DNA from: an uncultured delta proteobacterium
Lineage (GTDB): Bacteria; Desulfobacterota; Desulfobacteria; Desulfobacterales; JAHEIW01
DNA: 64,000 nt
Direction of reading: 5' to 3'
NCBI GenBank assembly: GCA_963706575.1
Contig: CAVPNL010000001.1
Coordinates: 320,001-384,000, forward strand
Part shown: in pieces, positions 39,545 through 50,239 of the stretch
Position numbering within the stretch: position 1 is the first letter of the stretch
Layout of the letters: every line of letters begins with the position of its first letter
Made by a program: the position numbers and the translations under genes
The notes under the pieces: model-generated
The model's database searches: none
The model's input: only the letters and a program-made list of their open reading frames with translations
Told to the model about the DNA's origin: nothing

Positions 39545-39819
39545 TTTAATCCCCTTTTTTAAAACCTAAATCTTTGACGCTTTTTAATACCTGCACTACT
39601 TGCCAAAATCGCAATTTGCGGTTTTACAGGGATTATCGCAGACATTTATATCACAAGGTTTTCAGTGCTGTCAAAAGCTGAGAGATATAGAACCAGATCT
39701 TTAAACTACCAAGCATGCAAGCTGAGCCCCAAAAAGATGTCTTTAAAAGTAACGGTTTCTTTATAAAAACAACCTTATTTCATGGACTTTGCACAATTCA
39801 TGCTTATGTTATTAATAGA

Positions 39820-39925
39820 TGTTAAGTGCCACACCAACTTCGACACCTATAAAAAAGCCATCGGCAGGCTTAGAGCCGCCAAAGGTTATACCTTAAAAAA
39901 GGGAGTTTGAACGTGGCACTTAACA
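39820..39925. mobile_element. 106-bp element with 13-bp perfect terminal inverted repeats (MITE-like), copy 1
   Basis: TGTTAAGTGCCAC ... GTGGCACTTAACA. Confidence 0.5.
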
Positions 39926-40322
39926 GGTTTCTCGGGTGTGCGTGCATCCTTTCTGATGGATTTTAACGGCACCTTTGATTCCACCTTTCTTTTAACCCCC
40001 AATAAGGGCCTTCCTGTGAGGAAACTACTCAAAATGCCTTAACTATGCTCCCAAATATGATTGCGATGTTCCGTCGCGAGGTGGTGACCCTTCATTTCTC
40101 TATTGGATACCACCAAGATCATCTTACCGCATTTTTAACCTTAACCAATTTGAGCCGTTCACCAAGACAAAGTTAACTCTATTTTACCTTTATAGGAAGA
40201 TTTTCCCTTGAAAAAATACTCAAATAGTGCCGGCGCTGCTTCTGATAGAATGAATGTGATCTGTCGTGAGCTTCAAATGCTATTTGGTTCATATACATAC
40301 TAAAATAAAATGGGGGTATTAA

Positions 40323-40673
40323 ATGAAACCAGAAAATGCGGGGAAAATTAAGTATGGAGTTTGGGGTCTTATTGTTGGGGCAGTCATCGCAATGATCATC
40401 GGTTTTGCGTGGGGGGGGTGGACAACCTCCAAGACTACCAAAACGATGTCCGAAGAGGCGGTCTTGGCGAGTCAGGCGGCGATCTGCGTCGCCCAATTTA
40501 TGAAGGAACCGAACCATAAAGAGAAACTTAAGGAATTAAGGGAACTAGATTCATGGAAGAGAGGTGAATTCATTGAAAAAGGCGGCTGGGATAAAATGCC
40601 CGGGCAGGAAAAGGCTGGCTATCTTGTCGCCCGAGCATGCTCCGATGGGCTTGAACTTCTTTTCGAAAAATGA
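40323..40673 (+). CDS. Membrane-anchored hypothetical protein (GFAWGGW family), paralog 1
   Basis: N-terminal TM, two conserved Cys, KGGWDKMPG; 94/116 aa identical to 53267-53617. Confidence 0.85.
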   Translation: MKPENAGKIKYGVWGLIVGAVIAMIIGFAWGGWTTSKTTKTMSEEAVLASQAAICVAQFMKEPNHKEKLKELRELDSWKRGEFIEKGGWDKMPGQEKAGYLVARACSDGLELLFEK

Positions 40674-40732
40674 GATGAATGAAATAGCTGTTAAAGGTGA
40701 TTCATAATTTATTTTATGTGGGTCACCTTTTT

Positions 40733-40835
40733 GTTTCATGTCAAGTTCTTTTACCTTGCGAACGTATTCCAAAAACTCTTTTTCAAGTTGCCTAATTTTT
40801 CGTTCCAATTCGTTGTAAGTCGGTTTTGTTGCCAT
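40733..40835 (-). pseudogene. Truncated N-terminus of a sensor/PAS-type protein, cut at the repeat boundary
   Basis: MATKPTYNELERKIRQLE is a coiled-coil leader of the kind seen in Desulfobacterales signalling proteins; the frame runs into repeat copy 1. Confidence 0.45.
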
Positions 40836-40980
40836 GAGAATGGCCTTTTCAAATTAATTTTAAATAATTTTTCCAATTGCCTGATCTTATTGGCGACAGC
40901 ATTTATAAAATGCTTTCCACTCATATCAAGGTTTATTAGAACTTTTTAAACATCTCTTCGGCTTCCGGGTCAACGTATTT

Positions 40981-42902
40981 TCAGGATGGCCGTCCAGGCG
41001 ATGTAACTGTCATTCCGGGTGTAGACGCGGACAACATTTTTCTCAGCTCCTCTCCCTGCACACTTTCATTCTGCGAAAGGAGATGAGCCAAATCATCCAG
41101 GACGTTCCGCCGCTCCGAGAGGATTTTTAGCACGCGTCTGATGGGCTTCCTCGACGAACCGGGCGACCTCTTCGTCTATTTGGGCGGCTTTGGCTTCACT
41201 GTAGTTTTTACCGGAAGCAAAACTTTCCGGCAGAAACATCGGCTGACGGGGGCGCTCATAGGCCACCAGTCCCAGGCGATCGCTCATTCCATATTCCGTG
41301 ACCATGGACCGCGCAATGTCGGTAGCCCGCTGCAGGTCGTTTTGGGCGCCGGTGGAGATTTCTTCGAAAACCAGCTCCTCCGCCACCCTGCCGCCTAAGA
41401 GTACGGCCAGCCGGTCCAGCAGCTCCGAGCGCGTCATTAAATAGCGGTCCTCGGTGGGTTGCTGTTGGGTATATCCGAGAGCCGCAATCCCCCGGGGAAT
41501 AATGGAGATCTTGTGCACCGGGTCGGCATGCTCAACAGACTCGGCCACAATCGCATGTCCGGACTCATGAAAGGCGACTGATTTCTTTCTCCTGCGGATT
41601 CATCACCCGGTTTTTTTTCTGCAGGCCCGCAACCACCCGGTCGATGGCCTCGTCGAAATCCGCCAGCCCCACCCATTCCTTATCTTTACGGGCAGCCAGA
41701 AGGGCGGCCTCATTGATGATGTTGGCCAGATCGGCTCCCACAAAGCCCGGAGTGCGGCCGGCGATCTTATGCAAATCAACCGCGGGGTCTAAAACAACAT
41801 TCTTGCAGTGAATTTTCAGGATGGCTTCGCGCCCGTTGATATCCGGCCGGTCTACCAGAACCTGCCGATCAAACCGCCCCGGGCGCAACAAGGCAGGATC
41901 CAGGATTTCCGGCCGATTGGTGGCGGCCATGATGATGACCCCTTTATTTGTCTCGAACCCATCCATCTCCACCAGAAGCTGGTTGAGCGTCTGCTCGCGT
42001 TCGTCATGACCGCCCATGACATTCATTCCCCGGGCTTTCCCCAACGCGTCCAGTTCATCGATAAAGATGATGCAGGGCGCCTGGGCGGCGGCCTGAGCAA
42101 AAAGATCGCGAACACGGGCTGCACCCACGCCGACAAACATCTCCACAAACTCAGACCCGCTGATGCTGAAAAAAGGCACTTCGGCCTCCCCGGCCACAGC
42201 CCTTGCCAGAAGGGTTTTGCCGGTCCCCGGCGGGCCAACCAGAAGCACCCCTTTGGGAATCCTGCCCCCCAGTTTCTGGAATTTTCCCGGATTGCTCAAA
42301 AATTCAACTACCTCCTGGAGCTCTTCTTTGGCCTCATCGATGCCGGCCGCATCGTCGAAATTAACCTTGGTTTCACTTTCGGCAAAAATTTTGGCTTTGC
42401 TTTTGCTAAAAGACATCACCCCCATGCCCGGCCCCATCTTTTTCATGGCGTAGCGCCAGATCAGGAAAAAAATGCCAATGGGGATAATCCAGGATAGAAG
42501 CGTGCTCAGAAGTTTGCTCTCATAGTGTCCGGAGTAATTGACTTTGTGTTCATCCAGATCCTTCACCAGGTCGGGATCATCCACACGAATGGTGGTGAAC
42601 TTCTGGACCGGCTCTCCCTTCAGCGTTCCGTTGATATTTTCTGGGCCGATAATCAATTTGCCAACGTTGCCTTCGGCGATGTAGTGTTTGAACTGGCTGT
42701 AGGGAATCGTCTCCACTTTTGCGGAAAAAAAATATTGTTGCAGGTAGGCGAATAAAAATATGGCGATCAGGAAATACCAGATGCTAAAATGAGCCTTAGG
42801 GGGCAAAGTATTTTTCTGGCGTTCCTTGAAACCGATAAGGGAACGCAAATTATCTAAGAAATTTTTCTGCGGATCTTTATTTCCATTGGATGCCATTTTC
42901 AT
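40981..42902 (-). CDS. ftsH: ATP-dependent zinc metalloprotease FtsH (two +1 frameshifts near 41578 and 41137)
   Basis: [14 protein letters not shown] and RPGRFDR; HESGH is restored by removing one base; corrected C-terminus ends ...SPGRPS* at 40981. Confidence 0.92.
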
Positions 42903-43053
42903 ATCCCTATATTTTTCTGCGATAACGCACCATGCCTGTTTGAAATTCAAGGCACCTCAATTAGACTCCCGAAGGACCCACTGCCGGTAAAAACGTACAA
43001 TTTTTGAAATTTGATTGAGCAGCCGACTGTTATTCAAACGCGCTTGATTGAAA

Positions 43054-43323
43054 TCAGGAAAGATATTTTGTCAATTCCCGCATGGCCTTCACAATATCCT
43101 GGATTGCCTCGTGCATACCCTCGGCACCGGAGTTTGTTTTCTTCTCGATCTTGCCTTGAACTTCGGATTTGATTTTTTTCAAGTTTTGTGCATGTTTTTC
43201 AAACTGCAGACGATGCTCTTCTTGCATGTCGTTGATGGCATCGGAATTAATCTGTTCGATGAGTTCATCGGCCTCTGCCAATAATTGCTCGATATTCTCA
43301 GATTCTACCTTCTCTGGCATCAT
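43054..43323 (-). CDS. Small helical hypothetical protein
   Basis: 89 aa, SD GGAAAGGA, between hflC and ftsH on the same strand. Confidence 0.7.
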   Translation of the reverse strand: MMPEKVESENIEQLLAEADELIEQINSDAINDMQEEHRLQFEKHAQNLKKIKSEVQGKIEKKTNSGAEGMHEAIQDIVKAMRELTKYLS

Positions 43324-43442
43324 GTTTCCTTTCCGATGTGTTTTTGCGCGTCATTGCATGGAATATGAGAGTCGTGGACGCTTTTCACAATCACCACCGT
43401 CATTTTCAGCCGGGGACCGCTTTTACGGGCAACGTTTCCTGC

Positions 43443-44441
43443 TTACGGTGTCGTTCCCCGTGAAACCGGAGCCGATAGGGTCTGCGTTTCGCCTGGACGC
43501 GCTTGCTTGATATATTGATAAAAGTCGCTGTCCGTGGTGAGGATCAGTACGGAATTCTTATTCGTCTTCTCTTTGTAGCTTTCAAGGGTGCGCAAGAAGG
43601 CATAAAATTCAGGATTTCGATTGTAAGCTTTGCCGTAAATGCGCGTGGCATCAGCGTCGGCCTGGCCCTGGATCTCCTGTACCGTGCGGTAGGCCGCAGA
43701 GCGGATCTGACGCAGCTCTTTTTCCATCGTCCCGAGGATCTCCGCACTGCGTCCTTCTCCCTCCGAGCGGAACTGCGCGGCGATGCGTTTGCGCTCGGAG
43801 ATCATGCGCTCATAGACCTTTTCGCGAACGCTTTCCACGTAATCGAGGCGCTTGATACGAACATCCACCAGCTCGATGCCGTATTGAGGAATGATCTTTT
43901 GGGCTTCAGTCAGTATCGTTCGGGTAATTTCCTCCCTGCCACGGGCAATCTCTTTCTTAAGCTCTTCTTCCCGCTCCTTGGGGATATCTTTCAGCGCTTC
44001 GTCCTTGGGGACTTCCCACGATGCGCTGCGGACAAGCTCCACGAGTTCGCTGCTCGACACCTGGTCGCGCACCACCGAATCGAGGATATCGTTCAAGCGG
44101 TTCTGAGCGCCCGCTTCGCTGGCCACATTCTCAAGGAATTTTTTCGCGTCTGCAATCCGCCATCGCGCCGTGGTGTCCACCCAGATAAACTCGCGCCCTT
44201 TGGTGGGGATCTGGTTCGGATCACCATCCCAGACGAGCAGGCGCTTTTCAAATCGCCGGACCTCTTGCACAAAGGGCAGTTTAATGTGCAGCCCCGCCTC
44301 GGTCACCGGTTCCCCCACCGGCCGGCCAAACTGCACGACAATCGCCTGCAGGCCCTCTTCCAAAGTGTAAAGCCCGCTATAGATTACGATAAGGATAACC
44401 ACCGCCAGGCCGATGATCGCCGTTTTCAAAGTAAACTTCAT
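43443..44441 (-). CDS. hflC: FtsH modulator HflC
   Basis: SPFH domain; RMISERKRIAAQFRSEG, PEFYAFLRTLESY. Confidence 0.95.
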   Translation of the reverse strand: MKFTLKTAIIGLAVVILIVIYSGLYTLEEGLQAIVVQFGRPVGEPVTEAGLHIKLPFVQEVRRFEKRLLVWDGDPNQIPTKGREFIWVDTTARWRIADAKKFLENVASEAGAQNRLNDILDSVVRDQVSSSELVELVRSASWEVPKDEALKDIPKEREEELKKEIARGREEITRTILTEAQKIIPQYGIELVDVRIKRLDYVESVREKVYERMISERKRIAAQFRSEGEGRSAEILGTMEKELRQIRSAAYRTVQEIQGQADADATRIYGKAYNRNPEFYAFLRTLESYKEKTNKNSVLILTTDSDFYQYIKQARPGETQTLSAPVSRGTTP

Positions 44442-45484
44442 TGTGGCCTCCCTTCCGCTGATGGTTGTTGACTGGACTCCAGTGGGAGCCAGGGCACCAT
44501 GGCCTTCTGATCCCTATCCACGATATAGAGCCCCTTCATATCCGCCAGCAAACCCGTCATGGCCTCCAGATACAGACGTCGGCGCGTGACCTGCGGCGCC
44601 CCCAGGTACTCACCCAGAATGGCCATAAAACGCGTCGCCTCTCCTTCAGCCCGGTTGACGCGCTCAAGGGCGTAGCCCTCGGCCTCGCTGATACTCTGCG
44701 TAGCCACTCCGCGGGCCTTGGGAATTTCGCGGTTGGCCTGCTCCTGGGCCTTATTGATCGTCCTTTCTTTGTCCTGACGCGACTCGTTTACTTCATTGAA
44801 GGCCGGCTTCACGGTATCCGGCGGGGTCACATCCTGAAGTTCCACGGTAACCAAACGCACGCCGGTCTCATAGGCCGTCAGGATTTTCTGGATCTCAATT
44901 TTTGCTTCACTGGCAACCGCCACCCGGCCGGTTGTGAGCACATCGCTGCCGAGACGATTGCCGACCGCCCGGCGCATGATCGCCTCGGTGGTATCGCGGA
45001 TCGTTTTCGGTGTGTCGCGTACTTTAAACAAGTAGCGGATCGGGTCTTCGATGCGGTACTGGATGATCCACTGGACATCGATAACGTTTAAATCTCCGGT
45101 CAGCATCAGCGACTCGTCCTTATGTGAACCGCTCGTATCATACCGCGTCTTCTGGCCGGGCACGGTGGCCACCGTCCGGAAACCGAACTCCTCTTTAAGC
45201 ACACGGGCCGTGGGTAACAGACGAACCTTTTCGACACCGAAAGGCAGTTTGAAATGCAGTCCCGGGCCGGCCGTGCGCATGACTTTTCCAAAGCGCTGTA
45301 CAATCCCCGTCTCTTCCGGCTGGACGGTGAACCAGGCTGTCCACAAGATAATCACCACCACCGCCACCGCGCCGAGGATCAAGAACGGAGCGCCTTTGAA
45401 CCCCTCTAACTTCAGTCGAATTTTCTCCAGGATGTCATCCAAAGCCGGTGGTGATCCCCCTGGAGATTGATTCCATTCGGGCAT
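44438..45484 (-). CDS. hflK: FtsH modulator HflK
   Basis: MLTGDLN, VKPAFNEV, IPKARG, PQVTRRRLYLE. Confidence 0.95.
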   Translation of the reverse strand: MPEWNQSPGGSPPALDDILEKIRLKLEGFKGAPFLILGAVAVVVIILWTAWFTVQPEETGIVQRFGKVMRTAGPGLHFKLPFGVEKVRLLPTARVLKEEFGFRTVATVPGQKTRYDTSGSHKDESLMLTGDLNVIDVQWIIQYRIEDPIRYLFKVRDTPKTIRDTTEAIMRRAVGNRLGSDVLTTGRVAVASEAKIEIQKILTAYETGVRLVTVELQDVTPPDTVKPAFNEVNESRQDKERTINKAQEQANREIPKARGVATQSISEAEGYALERVNRAEGEATRFMAILGEYLGAPQVTRRRLYLEAMTGLLADMKGLYIVDRDQKAMVPWLPLESSQQPSAEGRPQ

Positions 45485-45628
45485 AGCTTACCTCCTTTGC
45501 GTCCACGCAATTCATGGAGCTTATGAATTTCGAACAGACCTTGCACATTGGCGCCTAATTATCATAATCATTGTCGAAACAAAACTATCAGGCATATCGT
45601 GCCATCTTGAATTCAGCACCCGGCAGGT

Positions 45629-45811
45629 TTAGCTTTTTTCAATTTTGAAGAATGCCAGGGCTTCATCTAATTTTTTCTCCATTCCATCTCTTTCAGCCTC
45701 AGTTAAATCGAAAAACATGGATGGGTCCTTGAGAAAATTATAGACAAAACCGGTCAACTTTTTGATATCTTTGACCCCGTTGCTTTCAAGATATTTATAA
45801 AATCCACTCAT
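45629..45811 (-). CDS. Small hypothetical protein (60 aa)
   Basis: SD AAGGA, co-oriented between the radical SAM gene and hflK. Confidence 0.55.
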   Translation of the reverse strand: MSGFYKYLESNGVKDIKKLTGFVYNFLKDPSMFFDLTEAERDGMEKKLDEALAFFKIEKS

Positions 45812-45873
45812 GATAAATCCTTATTTGTTCGCGGTAAATGTCTGCCGGTTTCACAGGATATTTTCTACCCGGC

Positions 45874-47355
45874 TCAAAGAATATGTATCTCGCATATCCT
45901 GCGGAAGTGATAACCGTATATTGCAAGGGTGACGGCCAGAGGAAGCAGCCGGGGTTTACGCACCAGCGTCCAGGTCATTAAATGCCAGTAATGGAAACGC
46001 TCTTTGCCCAGAATTCCCAGTCGAATGCTGGAACGGAAAAATGCAAGAAATCGTTGAAGATCGATCCGTGTGTCCACCTTGGAATTGCCGAATTCTTTGA
46101 GAAATACTTTTACACGCCTATAATAATTCTTGGGAGAATAGATATGGCCCATGATGAACCGGTAGCCGGTCATTAACTGATCGAGCCCCATTTTGGGGTC
46201 AATGTTGGTTGTGCCATCCACATTATCGCCTGAGATCGTCATTCCCAATAAACGGTTATCTTTCTTCAGGCGATCAAACAGCCTTGTTCCCGGAGGGGCC
46301 TGGAGCAGCCCCACCATTGCGGTTACAATGCCGCTTTTTTGGATAAAATCGATAAGTTGCTGAAAAATTGAGGGGCTATCGCTGTCAAAGCCGACAATAA
46401 AGCCCCCTTGAACCTGTAAACCGGCGCGCTGCAAAATCTTTACATCATTAATGAGGTTGCGGTTCTTGTTTTGTATTTTTTGGCATTCGGTAAGGCTGTC
46501 ATTATTCGGTGTTTCGATTCCAATGAAAACCGAATCGAAACCCGCATTGACCATCAAGTCCAGAAGCTCGGCATCGTCGGCCAGGTTTATCGAAGCTTCT
46601 GTAAAAAATACACACCCCTTCTTGTCTTGGCGCCATTCGATCAGCGCCGGCAGCAACCTCGTTTTTAAGTAGCGCTTGTTCCCGATAAAATTGTCGTCAA
46701 CAAAAAAGATGTTACTGCGCCAACCCGCATCGTATATACGATCCAGCTCTGCGATCACCTGCTGGGCTGACTTCAGTCGGGGCCGGTGGCCGAAAAGAAC
46801 CGTCACATTACAAAAATCGCAGTTGAAGGGACACCCCCTGGAAAACTGAATGCTCATGGACGCATATTTTTTCATTTCGACAAGATCCCAAGCGGGTGGC
46901 GGAGTGTGGCCAAGATCACAGAAACCCGAGGCCCTGTATATTTTTTTGGGATGACCGTTTTTCAAGTCCTCAAGAAAAGACGGCAATGTTAGCTCGGCCT
47001 CGTCGAGGACCAGGTGATCGACGTCCTCAAACGCATCCGGTTCGGCAGTAAAGAGCGGTCCCCCCGCGATAACTTTCAAGCCCTCCGCCTTGCAACGCGC
47101 AATTATCTGTCTGGCGGATTCCCGTTGAACGGCCATCCCCCCGATGAAGGCAAAGTCTGCCCATGAGAGATCATCTTCGCTGAGGCCGTCCACGTTAACA
47201 TCCACCAGACGCCGCTGAAATTCATCCGGCAACATGGCCGCCACGGTGAGCAAGCCCAGCGGCGGGTATGCGGCTTTTTTGCGGATGAATTTTAAAGCGT
47301 ATGTGAAAGACCAAAAGGTGTCCGGAAACTTTGGGTAAATGAGAAGAACGTTCAT
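45874..47355 (-). CDS. B12-binding radical SAM protein with DUF4070-type C-terminus (HpnP-related class B family)
   Basis: PPLGLLTVAA (B12 domain), RGCPFNCDFC, FVDDNFIGN, GGFIVGFDSD. Confidence 0.88.
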   Translation of the reverse strand: MNVLLIYPKFPDTFWSFTYALKFIRKKAAYPPLGLLTVAAMLPDEFQRRLVDVNVDGLSEDDLSWADFAFIGGMAVQRESARQIIARCKAEGLKVIAGGPLFTAEPDAFEDVDHLVLDEAELTLPSFLEDLKNGHPKKIYRASGFCDLGHTPPPAWDLVEMKKYASMSIQFSRGCPFNCDFCNVTVLFGHRPRLKSAQQVIAELDRIYDAGWRSNIFFVDDNFIGNKRYLKTRLLPALIEWRQDKKGCVFFTEASINLADDAELLDLMVNAGFDSVFIGIETPNNDSLTECQKIQNKNRNLINDVKILQRAGLQVQGGFIVGFDSDSPSIFQQLIDFIQKSGIVTAMVGLLQAPPGTRLFDRLKKDNRLLGMTISGDNVDGTTNIDPKMGLDQLMTGYRFIMGHIYSPKNYYRRVKVFLKEFGNSKVDTRIDLQRFLAFFRSSIRLGILGKERFHYWHLMTWTLVRKPRLLPLAVTLAIYGYHFRRICEIHIL

Positions 47356-47493
47356 ATCGTAAATTCCTTATTCGTGTTCTAACAAGCAATGTTTAGGAAT
47401 ATTGGTGCAAATTTATGGCGATGACTGCACGGGTTGCGTGAATTTCGTTGGCCAAGGCAGTACATTAAGATATTTTGGTTCGTTCTTTTATTT

Positions 47494-47871
47494 TCAGGGA
47501 TGCAACAATCCTTGGACCGTTTTATCCATCTCCACTAAAGTAAAGGGCTTAAAAAGGGCCTTAGCCACAGCAGTGCCTTTTATTTTGGATAAAATGACCG
47601 CTTTATCAGCACCTGTCATAAGCACAACCTGTGTGGCGGGAGATTTTTCTTTGACGTAATCGGCCAGGTGGATACCGTCCATACCAGACATGTTAAAGTC
47701 AGTCATGACCAGGTCAAATTTGTTTTTAAGAAAAAGAGCTAATCCGTTTTCACCACTATCAGCTGATAATACTGCATAGCCGAGCCGACAAAGCATTTTT
47801 GAAACGACGTCTCGAATTGTATCATCGTCATCAACGACTAATATTTTTTCGCTGCCCGTATTCATTTTCAA
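47494..47871 (-). CDS. Single-domain response regulator
   Basis: ILVVDDD, TDFNMSGMDG, MTG, KPF. Confidence 0.9.
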   Translation of the reverse strand: MKMNTGSEKILVVDDDDTIRDVVSKMLCRLGYAVLSADSGENGLALFLKNKFDLVMTDFNMSGMDGIHLADYVKEKSPATQVVLMTGADKAVILSKIKGTAVAKALFKPFTLVEMDKTVQGLLHP

Positions 47872-47936
47872 ATCCTTTCATCTCTTATCCTTTGATGTTA
47901 CACACAGGGATATATTCCCATACAAAACGTAAACAA

Positions 47937-48266
47937 TTAGGCTGCTTTCCCCCTGGCGGCATTAACGGTCTCCATTCCTTCCGAATGGGAAACCGTGTGG
48001 ATTTCAATTTGCAGTGGTTCGCATAAAAGGCTCTTTGTTCCAAGCAAAACGCTGAATCTGTCTGACTTGATGTGATCGTTAAGATCTTCGCGGGTTTCCC
48101 ACTCCTCTATCAAACTGAAAACGTTCTTTTCTTCGATGTCCCGGAAAACGTGACAGCTCAGACAACCCCTCACATTTTCGATTGGTTCAATCATTGAGAG
48201 AAGTGTTTGCATAACCTCTGTCCGCTTATCTAAAAATACATTCATGGTTGTTCTGAAAATGATCAC
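47937..48266 (-). CDS. ABM-domain (antibiotic biosynthesis monooxygenase-like) protein
   Basis: GCLSCHVFRD, IEEWETREDLNDHIKSDRF; GTG start after SD GAGGAGG. Confidence 0.8.
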   Translation of the reverse strand: MIIFRTTMNVFLDKRTEVMQTLLSMIEPIENVRGCLSCHVFRDIEEKNVFSLIEEWETREDLNDHIKSDRFSVLLGTKSLLCEPLQIEIHTVSHSEGMETVNAARGKAA

Positions 48267-48369
48267 GAGAACCCTCCTCTCAGCAAAGACATGACACACG
48301 TGTTAATATAGCTTGGGAATTTCCCCCCCAGCTGTTATCAAAAGAATTTAAACTGTCCAGAATCATACC

Positions 48370-48385
48370 TTCAAGCTTTGTGCCA
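48370..48385 (-). promoter_or_regulatory. Putative sigma54 promoter
   Basis: TGGCAC-AAAGC-TTGAA (perfect -24 element, -12 variant GA). Confidence 0.6.
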
Positions 48386-48413
48386 GGCAGACTGAATTCA
48401 ACTTATATTAAGC

Positions 48414-48426
48414 TAACAAATTGATA
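48414..48426 (-). promoter_or_regulatory. Putative IHF site
   Basis: TATCAATTTGTTA matches WATCARNNNNTTR and lies between the UAS and the sigma54 site. Confidence 0.55.
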
Positions 48427-48485
48427 TTTAATATAATTTTTTATAAAAGAGCCTGATCGAGGAGGGATGAATGAGTGTAATAATA

Positions 48486-48519
48486 TGGTCACATATGACC
48501 AATGGTCATATATGACCAT
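48486..48519. promoter_or_regulatory. Tandem palindromic enhancer (UAS) sites
   Basis: TGGTCA-CATA-TGACCA and ATGGTCA-TATA-TGACCAT, 17 bp apart. Confidence 0.7.
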
Positions 48520-48721
48520 GCTCGGCACCCTTGAAGTGATGTTTACAGCTCTGCGTGAGGGAATACAAATTGACAGGCTGTTGTTTGAGGAAAACCGTGA
48601 AAAATAGGCGACTTTGCGGAAAAATGGTCCTTTAACTGCGTACCTTCAGGTGGTGGGCCAAGACCCGGTTTTCGTTTCAGATATCATGGTTCGAGTAGCA
48701 AAATAAATCGACCCCACATGC

Positions 48722-50239
48722 TTATGGCTGCTGGATACCCAATTTTCGTATGCGGGCGCGCAGTGTGCTGCGGTTGAGCCCAAGGATTTCTGCAGCCCCG
48801 TTTTTGCCACTCACTTTCCAATTGGTCTGCTCAAGTACCCGGACAATATGGTCGCGTTCAACCGCTTCCAGCGTTTTTTGCGTGGTCGTTAAATCCTTAT
48901 GGGGTTTTTTCAGTTCATCCACCAGGTGCAGTTTGGGTCCCGAGGAGTTGATTACCGCCCGCTCGAGGACGTTTTCCAACTCCCTGACATTGCCGGGCCA
49001 TTGATAATCCTGCAAGGCATTCATGACGCTCGTCGGGATGCTCTCAATGGACTTGCCCAGTCTCTTGGAAATTTTATCTACGAAAAAATCTACCATCAGG
49101 GCAATGTCTTCCATCCGTTCTCGCAGCGGGGGCACCGTAATCGGAAAAATATTTAGCCGGTACCAAAGATCTTCCCGAAACCGGCCCCGGCGGACTTCCT
49201 CTTCCAGGTTACGATTGGTGGCGGCAATCACCCGCACATCGACTTTGATCGTACCGGAGCTGCCCAAGCGTTCAAACTCACCGTCCTGGATCACCCGCAG
49301 CAGTTTGGGCTGCAGTTCCAACGGCAGTTCCCCGATCTCATCCAGAAACAGGGTGGCGCCGTTGGCAACTTCAAATCGCCCCAGCTGTCTGGCATGGGCA
49401 CCGGTGAAGGCGCCTTTCTCGTGGCCGAACAGCTCACTTTCAATCAGGTTTGAAGGCAGTGTGGCACAATTCACTTTCACTAAGGTCCGATCTTTGCGCG
49501 GGCTCAAGCCATGAATGGCCCGGGCCACCAGCTCCTTGCCGGTTCCGGTCTCACCAAGAACGAGAACGGTCGTATCGCTGGAGGCAATTTGCTCAACCTT
49601 ATAGAGCACGTAATTGAGCCCGTCACTTTGACCGATAATGTTCTCATAGTTGTATTCTAATTTGATTTCTTCTTGCAGATAAGCTCTCTCGACCTCAAGT
49701 TTTTCTTTTAACTCGTTTATTTCGGAAAGTGCAACCTGGAGATTAAGCTCGGCCTGCTTGCGCTCGGTAATGTCCTGAATCCAACCGGACATCCGAATAG
49801 CTTTTCCCTCGGTATTCCAGATTGCCTGGCCACGCGCGAGGAACCACAGGTACTCGCCGGATTTTGTTCGCAGGCGGTATTCGACCTTGTATGCAACACG
49901 CTCTTTAAGATGGCGTTCGATCGCGGCCCAGATGGCCTCGGTGTCCTCAGGATGCAGTCGGCTGCGGAAAGAATCTATCGTGCCCGGAAACTCCTCGGAC
50001 GAATACCCCAGGATTTCTCTGAAACGATCCGAGTAAAAGACGGTGTTCGACAGCAGGTCCCAGTCCCAGAGGCCGTCGGTAGAGCCTGCGAGGGCCAAAA
50101 GATATCGCTCTTCACTGGTGCGCAATGCCTCTTTCGACCGGCCGTGTCGCGACCGCTGTATGAGCAGCCTGACAATAAGCAAGGTTGCGATCGCGCTAAA
50201 AGAGGCAAGACCGATGATATGCCATTGGTAAAGCGCCAA
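48722..50239 (-). CDS. PAS-domain sigma54-dependent activator (FhlA/NtrC-type bEBP)
   Basis: PAS (DGLWDWD...HPED), [24 protein letters not shown], Fis-type HTH. Confidence 0.93.
   Translation of the reverse strand: MALYQWHIIGLASFSAIATLLIVRLLIQRSRHGRSKEALRTSEERYLLALAGSTDGLWDWDLLSNTVFYSDRFREILGYSSEEFPGTIDSFRSRLHPEDTEAIWAAIERHLKERVAYKVEYRLRTKSGEYLWFLARGQAIWNTEGKAIRMSGWIQDITERKQAELNLQVALSEINELKEKLEVERAYLQEEIKLEYNYENIIGQSDGLNYVLYKVEQIASSDTTVLVLGETGTGKELVARAIHGLSPRKDRTLVKVNCATLPSNLIESELFGHEKGAFTGAHARQLGRFEVANGATLFLDEIGELPLELQPKLLRVIQDGEFERLGSSGTIKVDVRVIAATNRNLEEEVRRGRFREDLWYRLNIFPITVPPLRERMEDIALMVDFFVDKISKRLGKSIESIPTSVMNALQDYQWPGNVRELENVLERAVINSSGPKLHLVDELKKPHKDLTTTQKTLEAVERDHIVRVLEQTNWKVSGKNGAAEILGLNRSTLRARIRKLGIQQP

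Larger units (their letters stand above)
39508..40732 (+). repeat. Direct repeat copy 1 (about 1.2 kb), partner of 52449-53676
   Basis: Colinear similarity from TGACATTGTATGACA to GGGTCACCTTTTT. Confidence 0.92.

Noticed and set aside
43503..44471. 322-aa plus-strand ORF
   Set aside because: It is the antisense shadow of hflC, with no motifs of its own.
45874..47355. Calling the radical SAM gene hpnP
   Set aside because: The family is broad and no hopanoid genes are in the window; a phylogeny is needed.
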